From positions 1 to 64,000 of the forward strand of contig CBDFFH010000029.1 in NCBI GenBank assembly GCA_965246715.1: a stretch of 64,000 bases of DNA, written 5' to 3'. The notes below the pieces were generated by a model. That model was not told where the DNA came from and made no database searches. It worked only from the letters and a program-made list of their open reading frames with translations. Positions 20,853 to 30,641 of the stretch are shown in pieces. This DNA comes from Chamaesiphon sp. (GTDB taxonomy: Bacteria; Cyanobacteriota; Cyanobacteriia; Cyanobacteriales; Chamaesiphonaceae). A program made the position numbers and the translations under genes. Every line of letters begins with the position of its first letter. The first letter of the stretch is position 1.

Positions 20853-21005
20853 TGTGGCAGGATGGTTTCGTACAAGAAAAGAAAAATCTCTTAGTTCACT
20901 TCAGTGAACTTTCGCTGTTAGCCCGAAATTCATTTCAGGGCGGTTGAAGACTAAGCCCCAAGGTTTGTGCATTTTTCTTTTCTTGTATGAAACCACCCTG
21001 CTACA
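20853..21005. mobile_element. MITE-like element, 153 bp, ~35-bp TIRs, 9-bp direct repeat GATTAATTG
   Basis: Left TIR TGTGGCAGGATGGTTTCGTACAAGAAAAGAAAAAT; right ATTTTTCTTTTCTTGTATGAAACCACCCTGCTACA; flanks 20844-20852 and 21006-21014 are identical. Confidence 0.8.
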
Positions 21006-21028
21006 GATTAATTGTGTAGGGTTGCCCC

Positions 21029-21077
21029 TATCTTGACGTTTTTTTATTCGGGCGGAACTCCCGAATAAAAACGCCGC
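21029..21077 (+). mobile_element. 49-nt hairpin mini-element inserted at a CT core within a REP
   Basis: Comparison with intact REP copies shows GCCC-CT-[ATCTTGA..hairpin..CCG-CT]-TGTGGGTACCC. Confidence 0.7.
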
Positions 21078-21362
21078 TTGTGGGTACCCTTGAATCTCCG
21101 CTTCTACTAGTCATTATGTAGTGTTTATTTAGCTTTAAAATCTAACGTTTAGTAACCAAAATAGTGTAGACAAAAAAACTCGCGATCGTTAGACAGATCG
21201 TGCCCAGTAAGATTCCACCTGGCAGAAAAGTTACGACTCGGAAACCGCGTAATAAAAACAGTAAAATGCTCAGTCCGAGCGCGATACTAAAAATATAGGC
21301 AAACTTCTGAGTTAACGGCATATAATAACAATCTCACTGTAAAAATTCGAGTTAGCCTGTTA

Positions 21363-22967
21363 ATGAGTCTCGACGACCGCCAAAATCTCACATCTGTTCG
21401 ATCGCTCAGACGCATCCTCTTGAGCGTACTGACTATTTTTGTCCTGATCAAACTTATTTTCTCATTGATTGCCACGATCGATCGACCTCAGATTCAAGGC
21501 AAATTTGAGTTATACCAAACTAATCTCGTCCTCGATGCATCGGAGTGGAAACCGACGGCAGATGCGGCGGCGTTGGATGAATTAAAAACGGCGATCGTCG
21601 GTACAGATGTGCTCGAATCGGCAAGTAAGCAATATCAAACCGCGCGAGAAACCGATCTAAAAACGATCGCGAAACTCGACAGCGATTTATCCGAGTTGGA
21701 GACAACAGCAGTCGCAGGCAAAATCGATAAATCGGTGAAGTTGCAAATAAAATCGATCGAACAAACGATCGCTGCGGCAAAATTAGAAGTCGCCAAAATC
21801 GATCTTCGGCTGGGTATTTTTCAAGCAGCTCAAAACCATCCAGACGCGGCAATTGAGACTTGGCAAACAGTCCGATCCAATGCCCAACAATCTCAGCCTA
21901 AAAATGTTGCAGCATCACTAATTGCAATTTGGCAAAAATCTGCGGAAATTAATGCCAATACCTTACCGCAAATCGAAGCGGAAATTAATACCAACTTTGA
22001 TGGCTGGTTTCGCGATGGCGTTCGGCATCAATTGTATGCAAACTTAGGCGACTCCCAGGAATTAGCGCAACTCGATCTCACTGCACAATCCCGTGCCAAA
22101 AATGCTTTAATCAAATTAGCTGCCAATACGGTTCCGCGCGTAATCTTAGGTTTGATTGGAGTCGGCTTAATCATCTTTTATACAGTTAGATTTACCATCC
22201 AGATCGTTCAAAAACAGCCAGATCGATCGGTTGCAGATATATTGTTAGCCAAGCTAGATACGCCCTGGATATCTCCTTGGGATTGGGAGATCGTCTGGCA
22301 AGTATTTATGCTGGGATTCTTTTTTGTCGGTCAGTTTTTACTACCGTTCGGATTTAGCACATTCATCAATCCAGCACAGCTTACCATTCAAGGGCAGGGA
22401 TTTTATGTATTTAGTAGCTATGTTTTGATGGCTGGTTTGTGCTTGGGCGTGTTGTATCTATCGATTAAAAATTATTTACCATTACCGCCAGATTGGTTTA
22501 AATTTAACTGGCAATCGAATTGGCCGTTATGGGGCATTGGTGGTTATTTAGTCGCCACCCCGATCGTAATTGTCGTATCTGTATTAAACGAGCGAATTTG
22601 GCAAGGTGAAGGTGGCAGTAACCCGATCTTACAAATCGTCCTCGAAGGCAAAGATCCGATCGCGTTATTGCTGTTTTTCATGACTGCGGCAGTGGCAGCG
22701 CCACTATTTGAAGAATTCTTATTTCGGGGATTTCTGTTACCTTCCCTGACTCGCTATGTCCCTGTCTGGGCTGCGATCGGGTTGAGTGGGTTATTGTTTG
22801 GTGTCGCGCATCTGAGCTTGTCGGAAATTATTCCGCTCACAACGCTCGGGATCGTGCTGGGGGTAGTTTACACGCGTACCCGCAATCTCCTCGCCTCGAT
22901 GCTATTGCATAGCTTATGGAATAGCAGCACGTTGGTTAGTTTATATATTTTGGGAAGTAGTAATTAA
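21363..22967 (+). CDS. CPBP (Abi/CAAX) family intramembrane metalloprotease
   Basis: APLFEEFLFRG, FGVAH, HSLWN motifs. Confidence 0.92.
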   Translation: MSLDDRQNLTSVRSLRRILLSVLTIFVLIKLIFSLIATIDRPQIQGKFELYQTNLVLDASEWKPTADAAALDELKTAIVGTDVLESASKQYQTARETDLKTIAKLDSDLSELETTAVAGKIDKSVKLQIKSIEQTIAAAKLEVAKIDLRLGIFQAAQNHPDAAIETWQTVRSNAQQSQPKNVAASLIAIWQKSAEINANTLPQIEAEINTNFDGWFRDGVRHQLYANLGDSQELAQLDLTAQSRAKNALIKLAANTVPRVILGLIGVGLIIFYTVRFTIQIVQKQPDRSVADILLAKLDTPWISPWDWEIVWQVFMLGFFFVGQFLLPFGFSTFINPAQLTIQGQGFYVFSSYVLMAGLCLGVLYLSIKNYLPLPPDWFKFNWQSNWPLWGIGGYLVATPIVIVVSVLNERIWQGEGGSNPILQIVLEGKDPIALLLFFMTAAVAAPLFEEFLFRGFLLPSLTRYVPVWAAIGLSGLLFGVAHLSLSEIIPLTTLGIVLGVVYTRTRNLLASMLLHSLWNSSTLVSLYILGSSN

Positions 22968-22984
22968 TCTGAATTAGCAATAGT

Positions 22985-23515
22985 TTATTTAACCTGAAGC
23001 TTGTATTTCGTCCAGACTTGAGCCTTAGTATCGATCTTTTTGGGGAAGCGCCAGCGGATATAGTCATAAGCTGATGCAGGTGCTTCCTTATTGTCGATTT
23101 TCGGCTTGGCAACAAATGTTTTGCCACCATCGACACTAAATAATAACTCAGCACCATCGATGCCAGTAGCAGAGTTCTTGAGATAGTTAGTCCCACGCGG
23201 AATCGGTTGTTTTAACATCAGATTCTTGAGCGGACAATGGCTGTTATTTTTGGCAATAACGGTGTATTGAATGATATCTCCTGGTTTGACCGCTGCTTTA
23301 CCCACGATCGGTTGGAATACGACTTTTTTATCTTTTACTACTTTCTTGTCAGCTTTGAGGGTGAGGATCACGCGCTGGTTTACGGGCGATTTATCTACGC
23401 AAGGAGGTCGTCGGGATTTCGATTTAGCTTGCAATGGAAGTTGCAGGGTTATCAACCAAAAGATCGCTGCGATCGGAACAACGGCACTGAAACTAGCGAA
23501 TAAGGATTTGTACAC
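22985..23515 (-). CDS. DUF11 (conserved repeat) domain secreted protein
   Basis: VKPGDIIQYTVIAKN...QPIPRGTNY...FSVDGGKTF...YDYIRW. Confidence 0.8.
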   Translation of the reverse strand: MYKSLFASFSAVVPIAAIFWLITLQLPLQAKSKSRRPPCVDKSPVNQRVILTLKADKKVVKDKKVVFQPIVGKAAVKPGDIIQYTVIAKNNSHCPLKNLMLKQPIPRGTNYLKNSATGIDGAELLFSVDGGKTFVAKPKIDNKEAPASAYDYIRWRFPKKIDTKAQVWTKYKLQVK

Positions 23516-23681
23516 GATCGGATCTGATTTAGCAATATGTCTAAAGTAATATAATCGACCAGACGCGCGATCGAGCGATAAAGTTGCCAGATCTCCGGAC
23601 TTTGACTGCGACTATAGATGCAAGTGAGATTTTTAATTGTAGGCTTCCTGACGATCGGTTGCAGCAATCGCGATCGAACCC

Positions 23682-23777
23682 CAATACTTCTCGGTTAAAA
23701 ACTGCTAGCGACTGAAGTCGCCGCTAATGATACAAAGTCCGCCTAAGCGGACTAATTAGATTAACCGAGAAGTATTG
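23682..23777. mobile_element. MITE, 96 bp, perfect 17-bp TIRs, 10-bp TSD
   Basis: CAATACTTCTCGGTTAA / TTAACCGAGAAGTATTG; GATCGAACCC duplicated at 23672-23681 and 23778-23787. Confidence 0.9.
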
Positions 23778-23868
23778 GATCGAACCCGATCTCCTAGATA
23801 CACCCAACGAAGCTACAATACTCTATGACAGACTGCACCACCGATTTAACTCGATTCACATACAGACA

Positions 23869-25053
23869 ATGACTCTAGACTGGATTAGCCCCGCCGAACG
23901 CCTCCAATCGCTGCCTCAATACGTCTTCGCTCGGTTGGACGAACTCAAAGCCAATGCCCGCAGTCAGGGGATCGATCTGATCGACTTGGGCATGGGCAAT
24001 CCAGATGGGGCAGCGCCAGCACCAGTCATTGCCGCAGCCAAAGCCGCACTCGATGAAGCCACCAATCATGGTTATCCCCCTTTTGAAGGGACGGCGAATT
24101 TTCGTAAATCGATCGCCGATTGGTATTTTCGGCGCTATGGTGTCACCCTCAACCCCAATAGCGAAGCCCTCCCCCTGCTCGGTTCCAAGGAAGGCTTGGC
24201 ACATCTGGCGCTCGCCTATATCAATCCCGGCGATACCGTATTAGTCCCCAGCCCATCATATCCCGTGCATTTTCGGGGGCCAGCGATCGCTGGTGCAGAT
24301 ATTTATAACATCATCCTCAAGCCGGAAAATGATTGGGCGATCGATCTCAGCACTATTCCCGTAGATGTCGCCCGCAAAGCCAAAATTCTATTTTTCAATT
24401 ATCCTAGCAATCCTACTGGCGCGACGGTGCCGCGATCGTTCTTCGAGGATGTCGTCGCCTTTGCTCGCGAATATCAGATCCTGCTAGTTCACGATCTCTG
24501 CTACGCCGAACTCGCCTTCGATGGCTATCAGCCCACCAGCCTGTTAGAAATCCCTGGCGCTAAAGAAATCGGCGTTGAGTTCCACACGCTGTCCAAAACT
24601 TATAATATGGCGGGCTGGCGCGTCGGTTTTGTCGTCGGCAACAGTCAAATCATCCAAGGACTGCGCACGCTCAAAACCAATCTCGACTACGGAATTTTTG
24701 CCGCGCTGCAAACTGCCGCGCAGACGGCACTCGAACTGCCAGATGAGTATGTCACCCAGGTTCAAAATCGCTATCGCGAACGCCGCGACTTTATGATTTC
24801 GGGGCTGGCTGAACTAGGCTGGGAGATTAAACCCACCAAGGCAACGATGTATCTGTGGATTCCCTGCGCTGTGGGGTGGAATTCGACTGATTTTGCCCTG
24901 ATGGTATTGCAAAAAACTGGGGTGGTGTTTACGCCAGGTAATGCCTTTGGGATCGGTGGCGAAGGTTATGTCAGAATCAGTCTCATCGCCGATCTCGACA
25001 GGTTGGGAGAGGCAATCGATCGACTCAAAGCTGCTGGGATCCGGTACCAATAA
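23869..25053 (+). CDS. Class I PLP-dependent aminotransferase (aspartate/LL-DAP aminotransferase-like)
   Basis: NYPSNPTG, HDLCY, TLSKTYNMAGWRVG. Confidence 0.92.
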   Translation: MTLDWISPAERLQSLPQYVFARLDELKANARSQGIDLIDLGMGNPDGAAPAPVIAAAKAALDEATNHGYPPFEGTANFRKSIADWYFRRYGVTLNPNSEALPLLGSKEGLAHLALAYINPGDTVLVPSPSYPVHFRGPAIAGADIYNIILKPENDWAIDLSTIPVDVARKAKILFFNYPSNPTGATVPRSFFEDVVAFAREYQILLVHDLCYAELAFDGYQPTSLLEIPGAKEIGVEFHTLSKTYNMAGWRVGFVVGNSQIIQGLRTLKTNLDYGIFAALQTAAQTALELPDEYVTQVQNRYRERRDFMISGLAELGWEIKPTKATMYLWIPCAVGWNSTDFALMVLQKTGVVFTPGNAFGIGGEGYVRISLIADLDRLGEAIDRLKAAGIRYQ

Positions 25054-25222
25054 CTACTAGTGGCTAGTTGCTAGGCGAACGTACTTCAAGTAAATTATTT
25101 CGATAGATTTAGATAAAGCAATTGGGAGACTAAAAACTGCAAAAATTCGGTATCGAAATTAGTAGATTGCCTACTAATTAATAGTAGATAGTTGGTTGCT
25201 CTAATTTGGAGAGAGGAAAACG

Positions 25223-25921
25223 ATGACAGACAACGCACGCGAGAGCGAGCTAGAACAGAATTTGCGAGCGGCAGCACTAAACCAGCGGATGAGTGCGACA
25301 AACGAACTGGCAACTTATCCAGCAACTGTGGCGCTACCGATCTTCAAAAGATTGTTAGCAGAAAAAGATGTCGGCTTGCGGCGGCTCGCGGTGATGGGTT
25401 TGGGCAAGCATCGCAGTGATGAATCGTTTGAGGCGCTAAAGACGATCCTGAGTAATAATGGCGATCCGATTATCTTAGCCGATGCCGCTGATGCGATCTT
25501 TGACTTTGGCGATCGTGCGATACCGATCCTCCAACAATTATTCGATCGATCGCCGCAACCATCCCAATGGCAGATTCGCCAAACGATCGTGGCTTTATTT
25601 TTAGATACGGAGCATTATGATGCCATATTAGCTGTTGCTAGCGCCGCTTTAACTGACGAAAATGTGATAATTCAAGAACTGGGTGTGAGAGTATTTAAGC
25701 AGATGCTGCAATCGCCCTGCAAAGAATTGGCATTGGAACTGCTGCTAAAATTTGCCGCAGATCCTAACTGGCAATTGCGTTGGAGTGCGGCGAGATCTCT
25801 GCATGGTTGCGCGGAACTGCAAGCTAGGGAATCGATTGCGCGACTCCAGCAAGATGAAGATTTTCGAGTTATTGCTGCGGCATTAGAAGGCGTAGGTGTA
25901 CGAGAACGTGAGGTTGAATGA
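25223..25921 (+). CDS. HEAT-repeat protein (NblB/phycobilin lyase-like)
   Basis: Repeated HEAT-like helices (DVGLRRLAVMGLG, DPNWQLRWSAARSL, DEDFRVIAAALE). Confidence 0.8.
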   Translation: MTDNARESELEQNLRAAALNQRMSATNELATYPATVALPIFKRLLAEKDVGLRRLAVMGLGKHRSDESFEALKTILSNNGDPIILADAADAIFDFGDRAIPILQQLFDRSPQPSQWQIRQTIVALFLDTEHYDAILAVASAALTDENVIIQELGVRVFKQMLQSPCKELALELLLKFAADPNWQLRWSAARSLHGCAELQARESIARLQQDEDFRVIAAALEGVGVREREVE

Positions 25922-25970
25922 TTGGCTTTTGAGGATCCTAGGATTGGTATCCATCCCAATTTATTGATTA

Positions 25971-26252
25971 CTATTGCTTCTTACGACCGTAAAGAAAGTA
26001 GCCTCCAAATATAAACACAGTACATCGTGGCAACCAGTTTCCCAGAACTTCCCGATCGTCAAAATAGGTGTTTGGTGTTGTCTCCTGTGCGTGCTGCTGC
26101 CGATCGATCTCTTTAGGGGACATGCTCAGTGCCGATTGGGGACTGAGGCAAAGAGTTGACGTATAAAGAATCGCTGTAACTGTGAGTAGCGGAAATAATT
26201 GTTTTCCTGACATCTGACTTGTCCTCAAATTGAAACTACGGTTTATCTCCAC
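25971..26252 (-). CDS. Small hypothetical membrane protein
   Basis: Signal-like N-terminus and a C-terminal hydrophobic segment followed by basic residues; start uncertain. Confidence 0.45.
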   Translation of the reverse strand: MEINRSFNLRTSQMSGKQLFPLLTVTAILYTSTLCLSPQSALSMSPKEIDRQQHAQETTPNTYFDDREVLGNWLPRCTVFIFGGYFLYGRKKQ

Positions 26253-26300
26253 ATATATGTATTCTTGCGAGCCTGCATCCGATCCGGATGAAACCTAATA

Positions 26301-26900
26301 TCATAGGCGTTCGAGGATCGAACCGATCGTGAACGCCGAGATAGCGGATAGAGCACTTCCTATGCCTAAAAACATTACCAGCATCAAAGCAAGTAGACCG
26401 TAGTTATTTGTTTTCAACTTCCTTAGTGCTGGAAAGAACTTACTAAAAATATAAAATCCATCCAGCGGGGGAATCGGCAGACAGTTAAATAAAAATAAAT
26501 TAAAGTTGACAATTGCTGCCATAAAGAAAAAATCTCGACTTAAGAATTGCGAATACATAGAAAGTTTTAGTGCTATGACACATATAAATCCTAAAACGAG
26601 ATTCAAAAGAGGCCCCGCTGCTGAAACTAGAAAATCTCCCCATTGGCGCGACCTAAATTTACTTGGATTGACAGGCATAGCACCCCAAGCTATCCCAAAT
26701 AGGCAGAGAACAACCAGTGATTCTGCTCCCATGTGTACCAATGGGTTCAGAGTTATGTGTCCAGATCTACTCGGTGTATTGTCACCTTGGCTCAAGGCGA
26801 CTACCCCATGAGCCAACTCATGCAGACAAATAGAGAAAATCAGAATCACAATTAGTCTAAAGTAACTAAGTGGATTTTCTGTCAACATTTGAATCATCAC
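26301..26900 (-). CDS. Site-2 protease (peptidase M50)
   Basis: HELAH, SAAGPLLN, NCLPIPPLDG. Confidence 0.92.
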   Translation of the reverse strand: MMIQMLTENPLSYFRLIVILIFSICLHELAHGVVALSQGDNTPSRSGHITLNPLVHMGAESLVVLCLFGIAWGAMPVNPSKFRSRQWGDFLVSAAGPLLNLVLGFICVIALKLSMYSQFLSRDFFFMAAIVNFNLFLFNCLPIPPLDGFYIFSKFFPALRKLKTNNYGLLALMLVMFLGIGSALSAISAFTIGSILERL

Positions 26901-27260
26901 AAGCTTTAAATCCCAGATAGAATAGATTAGGCTGCTACATTACCAAACACAGCAACAGTAATATTTACAACACCTCTTAATATCTATCCGGAAACTAATT
27001 AATCTACTAGTCAATCATTCCAATAACGATCGCCACCATAGCCTTAAACGTAGAAATAATTGCTGTGGAGCGCTTTTGGGCAATTTTGCTTCGCTTGGGC
27101 GGTGATTGGCTATTGGGTCGATAAATGGGTACGTGAGATCGTATTTGTCCGCTTCTTTAGCAACATTTTCCTCCCCACCAAACCAAACCTCTCACCTCGA
27201 TCGGTTTCGATCGTCGAGAATGTAGCGATAAGATAAGAGAATGTTGCATGAGGTGCTGTC

Positions 27261-28715
27261 ATGTCTCAAATTCCGAGTGGCGTAGAAGTAGAAAGACATC
27301 GAGCCGCAATGACGCGGGTGGAACTATCGCGTCCGATCCGGCTGGCGCTCGAGTCTGGTATTATCACGACAGAGACGACAATTTTTGACTATGGCTGCGG
27401 ACTCGGCGGCGATGTGAGGCGATTGCAGGCAGCGGGCTACAATTGTGATGGTTGGGACCCATATTATTTTCCGGATATCGAGCGGCGATCGGCGGATATA
27501 ATTAATTTAAGCTACATCATTAATGTCATCGAAGATCCGGCAGAACGCGATCGAGCATTAATCCAAGCCTGGGAATTAACAGGACGAGTACTAATTGTCG
27601 CCGCACAGATTTTAGTTAATGAGTTGCGGGGAATGTTGGCTTATGGCGATGGGATTTTAACCAAGCGGAATACCTTCCAAAAATATTATCAGCAAGCCGA
27701 ATTAAAAGAATATATCGATCGGATTTTAACAGTCGATGCACTGCCAATCGGGTTGGGTATTTTTTTAGTCTTTCGCGATGAATGCCAAGCAGAAAGTTTT
27801 CGCGCCGAGCGGCTCTATTCGCGACTAATAACGCCGAGAGTTAGAGTTGAAAGCAAGCGATTTGAAGACTATCAATCACAACTCGCACCGCTGATGGAAT
27901 TTGTCAGTCAGCGCGGGCGCATTCCGATTAAAGGAGAACTAATCGAAGCAGCAGAATTAAAGCGAGAATTTAGAACGATCGAGCGCGCATTTCAGATTAT
28001 TTTAACCGCTACCGATGAAGCAGATTGGGATGCGATCGCTTATCGGCGATCGTTAGATTTACAAGTTTATCTCGCGCTGGCTCAATTCGGACAAGGACGC
28101 AGCATCAGGAAACTATCTCCAGCAATGAGATCGGATATTAAAGCCTTTTTTGGCAGTTATGATGAAGCTTGTGAAGTTGCCGACAGGTTGCTATTCAAAA
28201 TCGGGCAACCAGGCGTAATTAAGCAAGCATGTCAACAGAGTAAGATTGGTAAACTATTACCTGCGGCTCTCTACGTTCACATCTCGGCGTTAAATGAACT
28301 CGATCCCAAACTCCGGCTCTATGAAGGTTGTGCCAGTCGGAATATCGGGGGTACTGAAGATGCCAACATTATCAAATTTCATACCGATAAACCTTGTATC
28401 TCTTATCTCTATTACCCAGACTTCGATGCGATCGCACATCCGGCTTTACAATGGTCGATGTTAATCGATCTCCGCGATTTGAGCGTCAAATTTCGCGATT
28501 ATTCGCAACAGGAAAATTTACCGATCCTGCATCGCAAAGAAACATTCCTCAGTGAGAGTCATCCACTCTATGCTAAATTTGCTAAATTAACCAAAGCTGA
28601 AGTTAAAGCTGGACTATTGAGCGAAACTAAAACGATCGGCAATCAACAAGGATGGGAACGCCGACTTGCAGAATGTGGCGTATCGATCGTCGATCATCGC
28701 ATTTCTAAACTTTAA
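27261..28715 (+). CDS. DNA phosphorothioation-associated putative methyltransferase
   Basis: RHRAAMTRVELSRP, FDYGCGLGGD, GWDPYY, YIINVIED, TFQKYYQQAEL, SYLYYPDFD, ILHRKETF match my recollection of this family. Confidence 0.85.
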   Translation: MSQIPSGVEVERHRAAMTRVELSRPIRLALESGIITTETTIFDYGCGLGGDVRRLQAAGYNCDGWDPYYFPDIERRSADIINLSYIINVIEDPAERDRALIQAWELTGRVLIVAAQILVNELRGMLAYGDGILTKRNTFQKYYQQAELKEYIDRILTVDALPIGLGIFLVFRDECQAESFRAERLYSRLITPRVRVESKRFEDYQSQLAPLMEFVSQRGRIPIKGELIEAAELKREFRTIERAFQIILTATDEADWDAIAYRRSLDLQVYLALAQFGQGRSIRKLSPAMRSDIKAFFGSYDEACEVADRLLFKIGQPGVIKQACQQSKIGKLLPAALYVHISALNELDPKLRLYEGCASRNIGGTEDANIIKFHTDKPCISYLYYPDFDAIAHPALQWSMLIDLRDLSVKFRDYSQQENLPILHRKETFLSESHPLYAKFAKLTKAEVKAGLLSETKTIGNQQGWERRLAECGVSIVDHRISKL

Positions 28716-28843
28716 CAATCTAGCGATCTGTCCAAATTTAGGTGAATATTCCGAAAATTACCGCTTAATAACTGTTAGATTACATGGCATTAATGGGTAT
28801 ATTTATCATACGATCCATCTCTTTAAGTCTTTAAGCAAACAAT

Positions 28844-29062
28844 ATGAGCTTTGAATTAGTTGAGTCGAGTGTCTTGAAGATTTGTAAGATTTGTATTCAT
28901 GAATTAGTTGGCCTAGCGGATCACTACTTCCTGAGCGAATTTAATAATATTGACAACCAAATCGCAGAGGTTTTGAGCGATAACTTAAGAAAAACAAAAA
29001 TTGAAAGAGCTAATCGTGAGCGTATCGAGTTCTGGAAATCCAGAGGAGTTGACGCTAAATAA
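28844..29062 (+). CDS. Small AT-rich hypothetical ORF or gene remnant
   Basis: 72-aa ORF in low-GC DNA with no recognisable motif. Confidence 0.3.
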   Translation: MSFELVESSVLKICKICIHELVGLADHYFLSEFNNIDNQIAEVLSDNLRKTKIERANRERIEFWKSRGVDAK

Positions 29063-29132
29063 CTTTTACGAGCTTGTCTGATATTTAAGATGCTTACAGT
29101 TTTAACCTGCACACATTACTAACAGCTATTAC

Positions 29133-30641
29133 TTACTTTTCTGCTGGCAATATTTTCTCGATCGCTTGTTTGACAAACATCTGCAAAAACTCATCCTTCC
29201 GATTTAATTGAAATTGTTGCTGCACTACTTCTGCCATTCCCCCATCGCCCCAGGTGCGATTTTGCCGAAAGTATTCGATAAAACTGCGACCCGCAATTCG
29301 TGTTAGATATGCAGCCGTAATCCCTTGAATTCCTTTGCCAAGTGCGTAGGTAGTGACATTAACAGTTAACACCGCAGATAAGACTTGAATCGCGCCTTTA
29401 ACGATGCCCAAACTCGTCAGCGTTTTACCCAAGGAAAGTGCCAATTCTTGCGCCGTATCCTTATTTAGCTCGCAGCCGTAGATCTTCCCGATTTCGATAA
29501 TCATTTGGGTATTAATTGCCGCTGTCGCCAGAAAATCGACGACGGGTAACGGGGTTGCGACAACCACACCCGCCCCGATCCATTGATAGCGATTTACTAC
29601 CCGATCGGCTTGACGGCGACGTTGTTCTTCGATCAGCTCCCGCGCTTCTGCCCCTAGACGGTGCGATTGGAGCAAAATGTTGTCTGCTACCAAATCCTCT
29701 CCTTCAGCGCGGAGAACGGCAGCTAGACGGCGAATTAGAGGTAAAATATCGGGATCGGGAGTAAATATTTCGCCCGATTCTAATCTGACTGGTTGCGGGT
29801 TAGCCGCGATCGCGATGACATCTTGGGCTTCGATCTGTTGCCGAACGCGGCGTTGGAGCTGGGCGACAATTGCATCTCGATCGACTGGTGGATATAAATC
29901 GGTTTTGTTGAAAATTAACAGCGATCGTTTGCCGATTTCTGCCAATCCCATCAGGGGAATATATTCAGATTCGCGTAAGTCATTATCGACGACAAATAGT
30001 AGCAGATCCGCCGCCGTAGCTAGATCTCTAGCGATCGCTTCGCGGTGCGTTCCGGCGATGCCAGCTTCGAGGATTCCTGGTGTATCCGTCAGTAAAATTT
30101 GTCGCTCCAAGCCTTTTAATTCGAGCGTGTATGTCTCCCCGCGTGTCGTCGTCCCCATCGGCGCGCCCACTTCGCCGACGATCCGCCCGATAATGGCATT
30201 AATTAGCGAGGTTTTGCCAGCCGAACCCGTACCGAACACGACGACACGAATCTGTCCCCGCGCCAGATTTTCGGCGATTTCGCGTGACTTATCGATTAAG
30301 GCTTGACGGGTGACTTCATCTTGAATTTGTTGGAGCTGTAACTCGATCGCGCGGAGATTGGCGGTAGCTGCGGCGGTTTTTTCAACGGGGACTTTTGGTA
30401 ATTCCGGCTTTTTAACTGGCGTTTTGCGCCACCAGCCTTGGAAGATTCCAACATAATAGATCCCGATGGCAATCGCGATGCCAATTAGCAGCAAAATCCC
30501 CAGCAACAGCGGCGTTGCCAACCACGGAGTCGTCCAACTCACTTGGACGTAGAGCGCATACAGCGAATTAATCAACCAGAGCGACAAAATCGCAGTCGTA
30601 ATGCCAATAATCGCGATCGACCAAGAACGGGGTAGGCGCAT
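29133..30641 (-). CDS. GTP-binding protein with DUF697/YcjF domain
   Basis: GTGSAGKTS, DTPGI, NKTD; C-terminal TPLPVVDF region. Confidence 0.88.
   Translation of the reverse strand: MRLPRSWSIAIIGITTAILSLWLINSLYALYVQVSWTTPWLATPLLLGILLLIGIAIAIGIYYVGIFQGWWRKTPVKKPELPKVPVEKTAAATANLRAIELQLQQIQDEVTRQALIDKSREIAENLARGQIRVVVFGTGSAGKTSLINAIIGRIVGEVGAPMGTTTRGETYTLELKGLERQILLTDTPGILEAGIAGTHREAIARDLATAADLLLFVVDNDLRESEYIPLMGLAEIGKRSLLIFNKTDLYPPVDRDAIVAQLQRRVRQQIEAQDVIAIAANPQPVRLESGEIFTPDPDILPLIRRLAAVLRAEGEDLVADNILLQSHRLGAEARELIEEQRRRQADRVVNRYQWIGAGVVVATPLPVVDFLATAAINTQMIIEIGKIYGCELNKDTAQELALSLGKTLTSLGIVKGAIQVLSAVLTVNVTTYALGKGIQGITAAYLTRIAGRSFIEYFRQNRTWGDGGMAEVVQQQFQLNRKDEFLQMFVKQAIEKILPAEK

Larger units (their letters stand above)
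20818..21089. repeat. Inverted REP-like pair with two nested insertions
   Basis: Intact REP at 20818-20842; the inverted copy at 21016-21089 is interrupted by a 49-nt insert; a 153-bp element lies between them. Confidence 0.85.

Noticed and set aside
29677..30306. 209-aa plus-strand ORF and similar antisense ORFs (51798-52289, 58881-59423)
   Set aside because: They shadow real genes on the opposite strand and carry no motifs.
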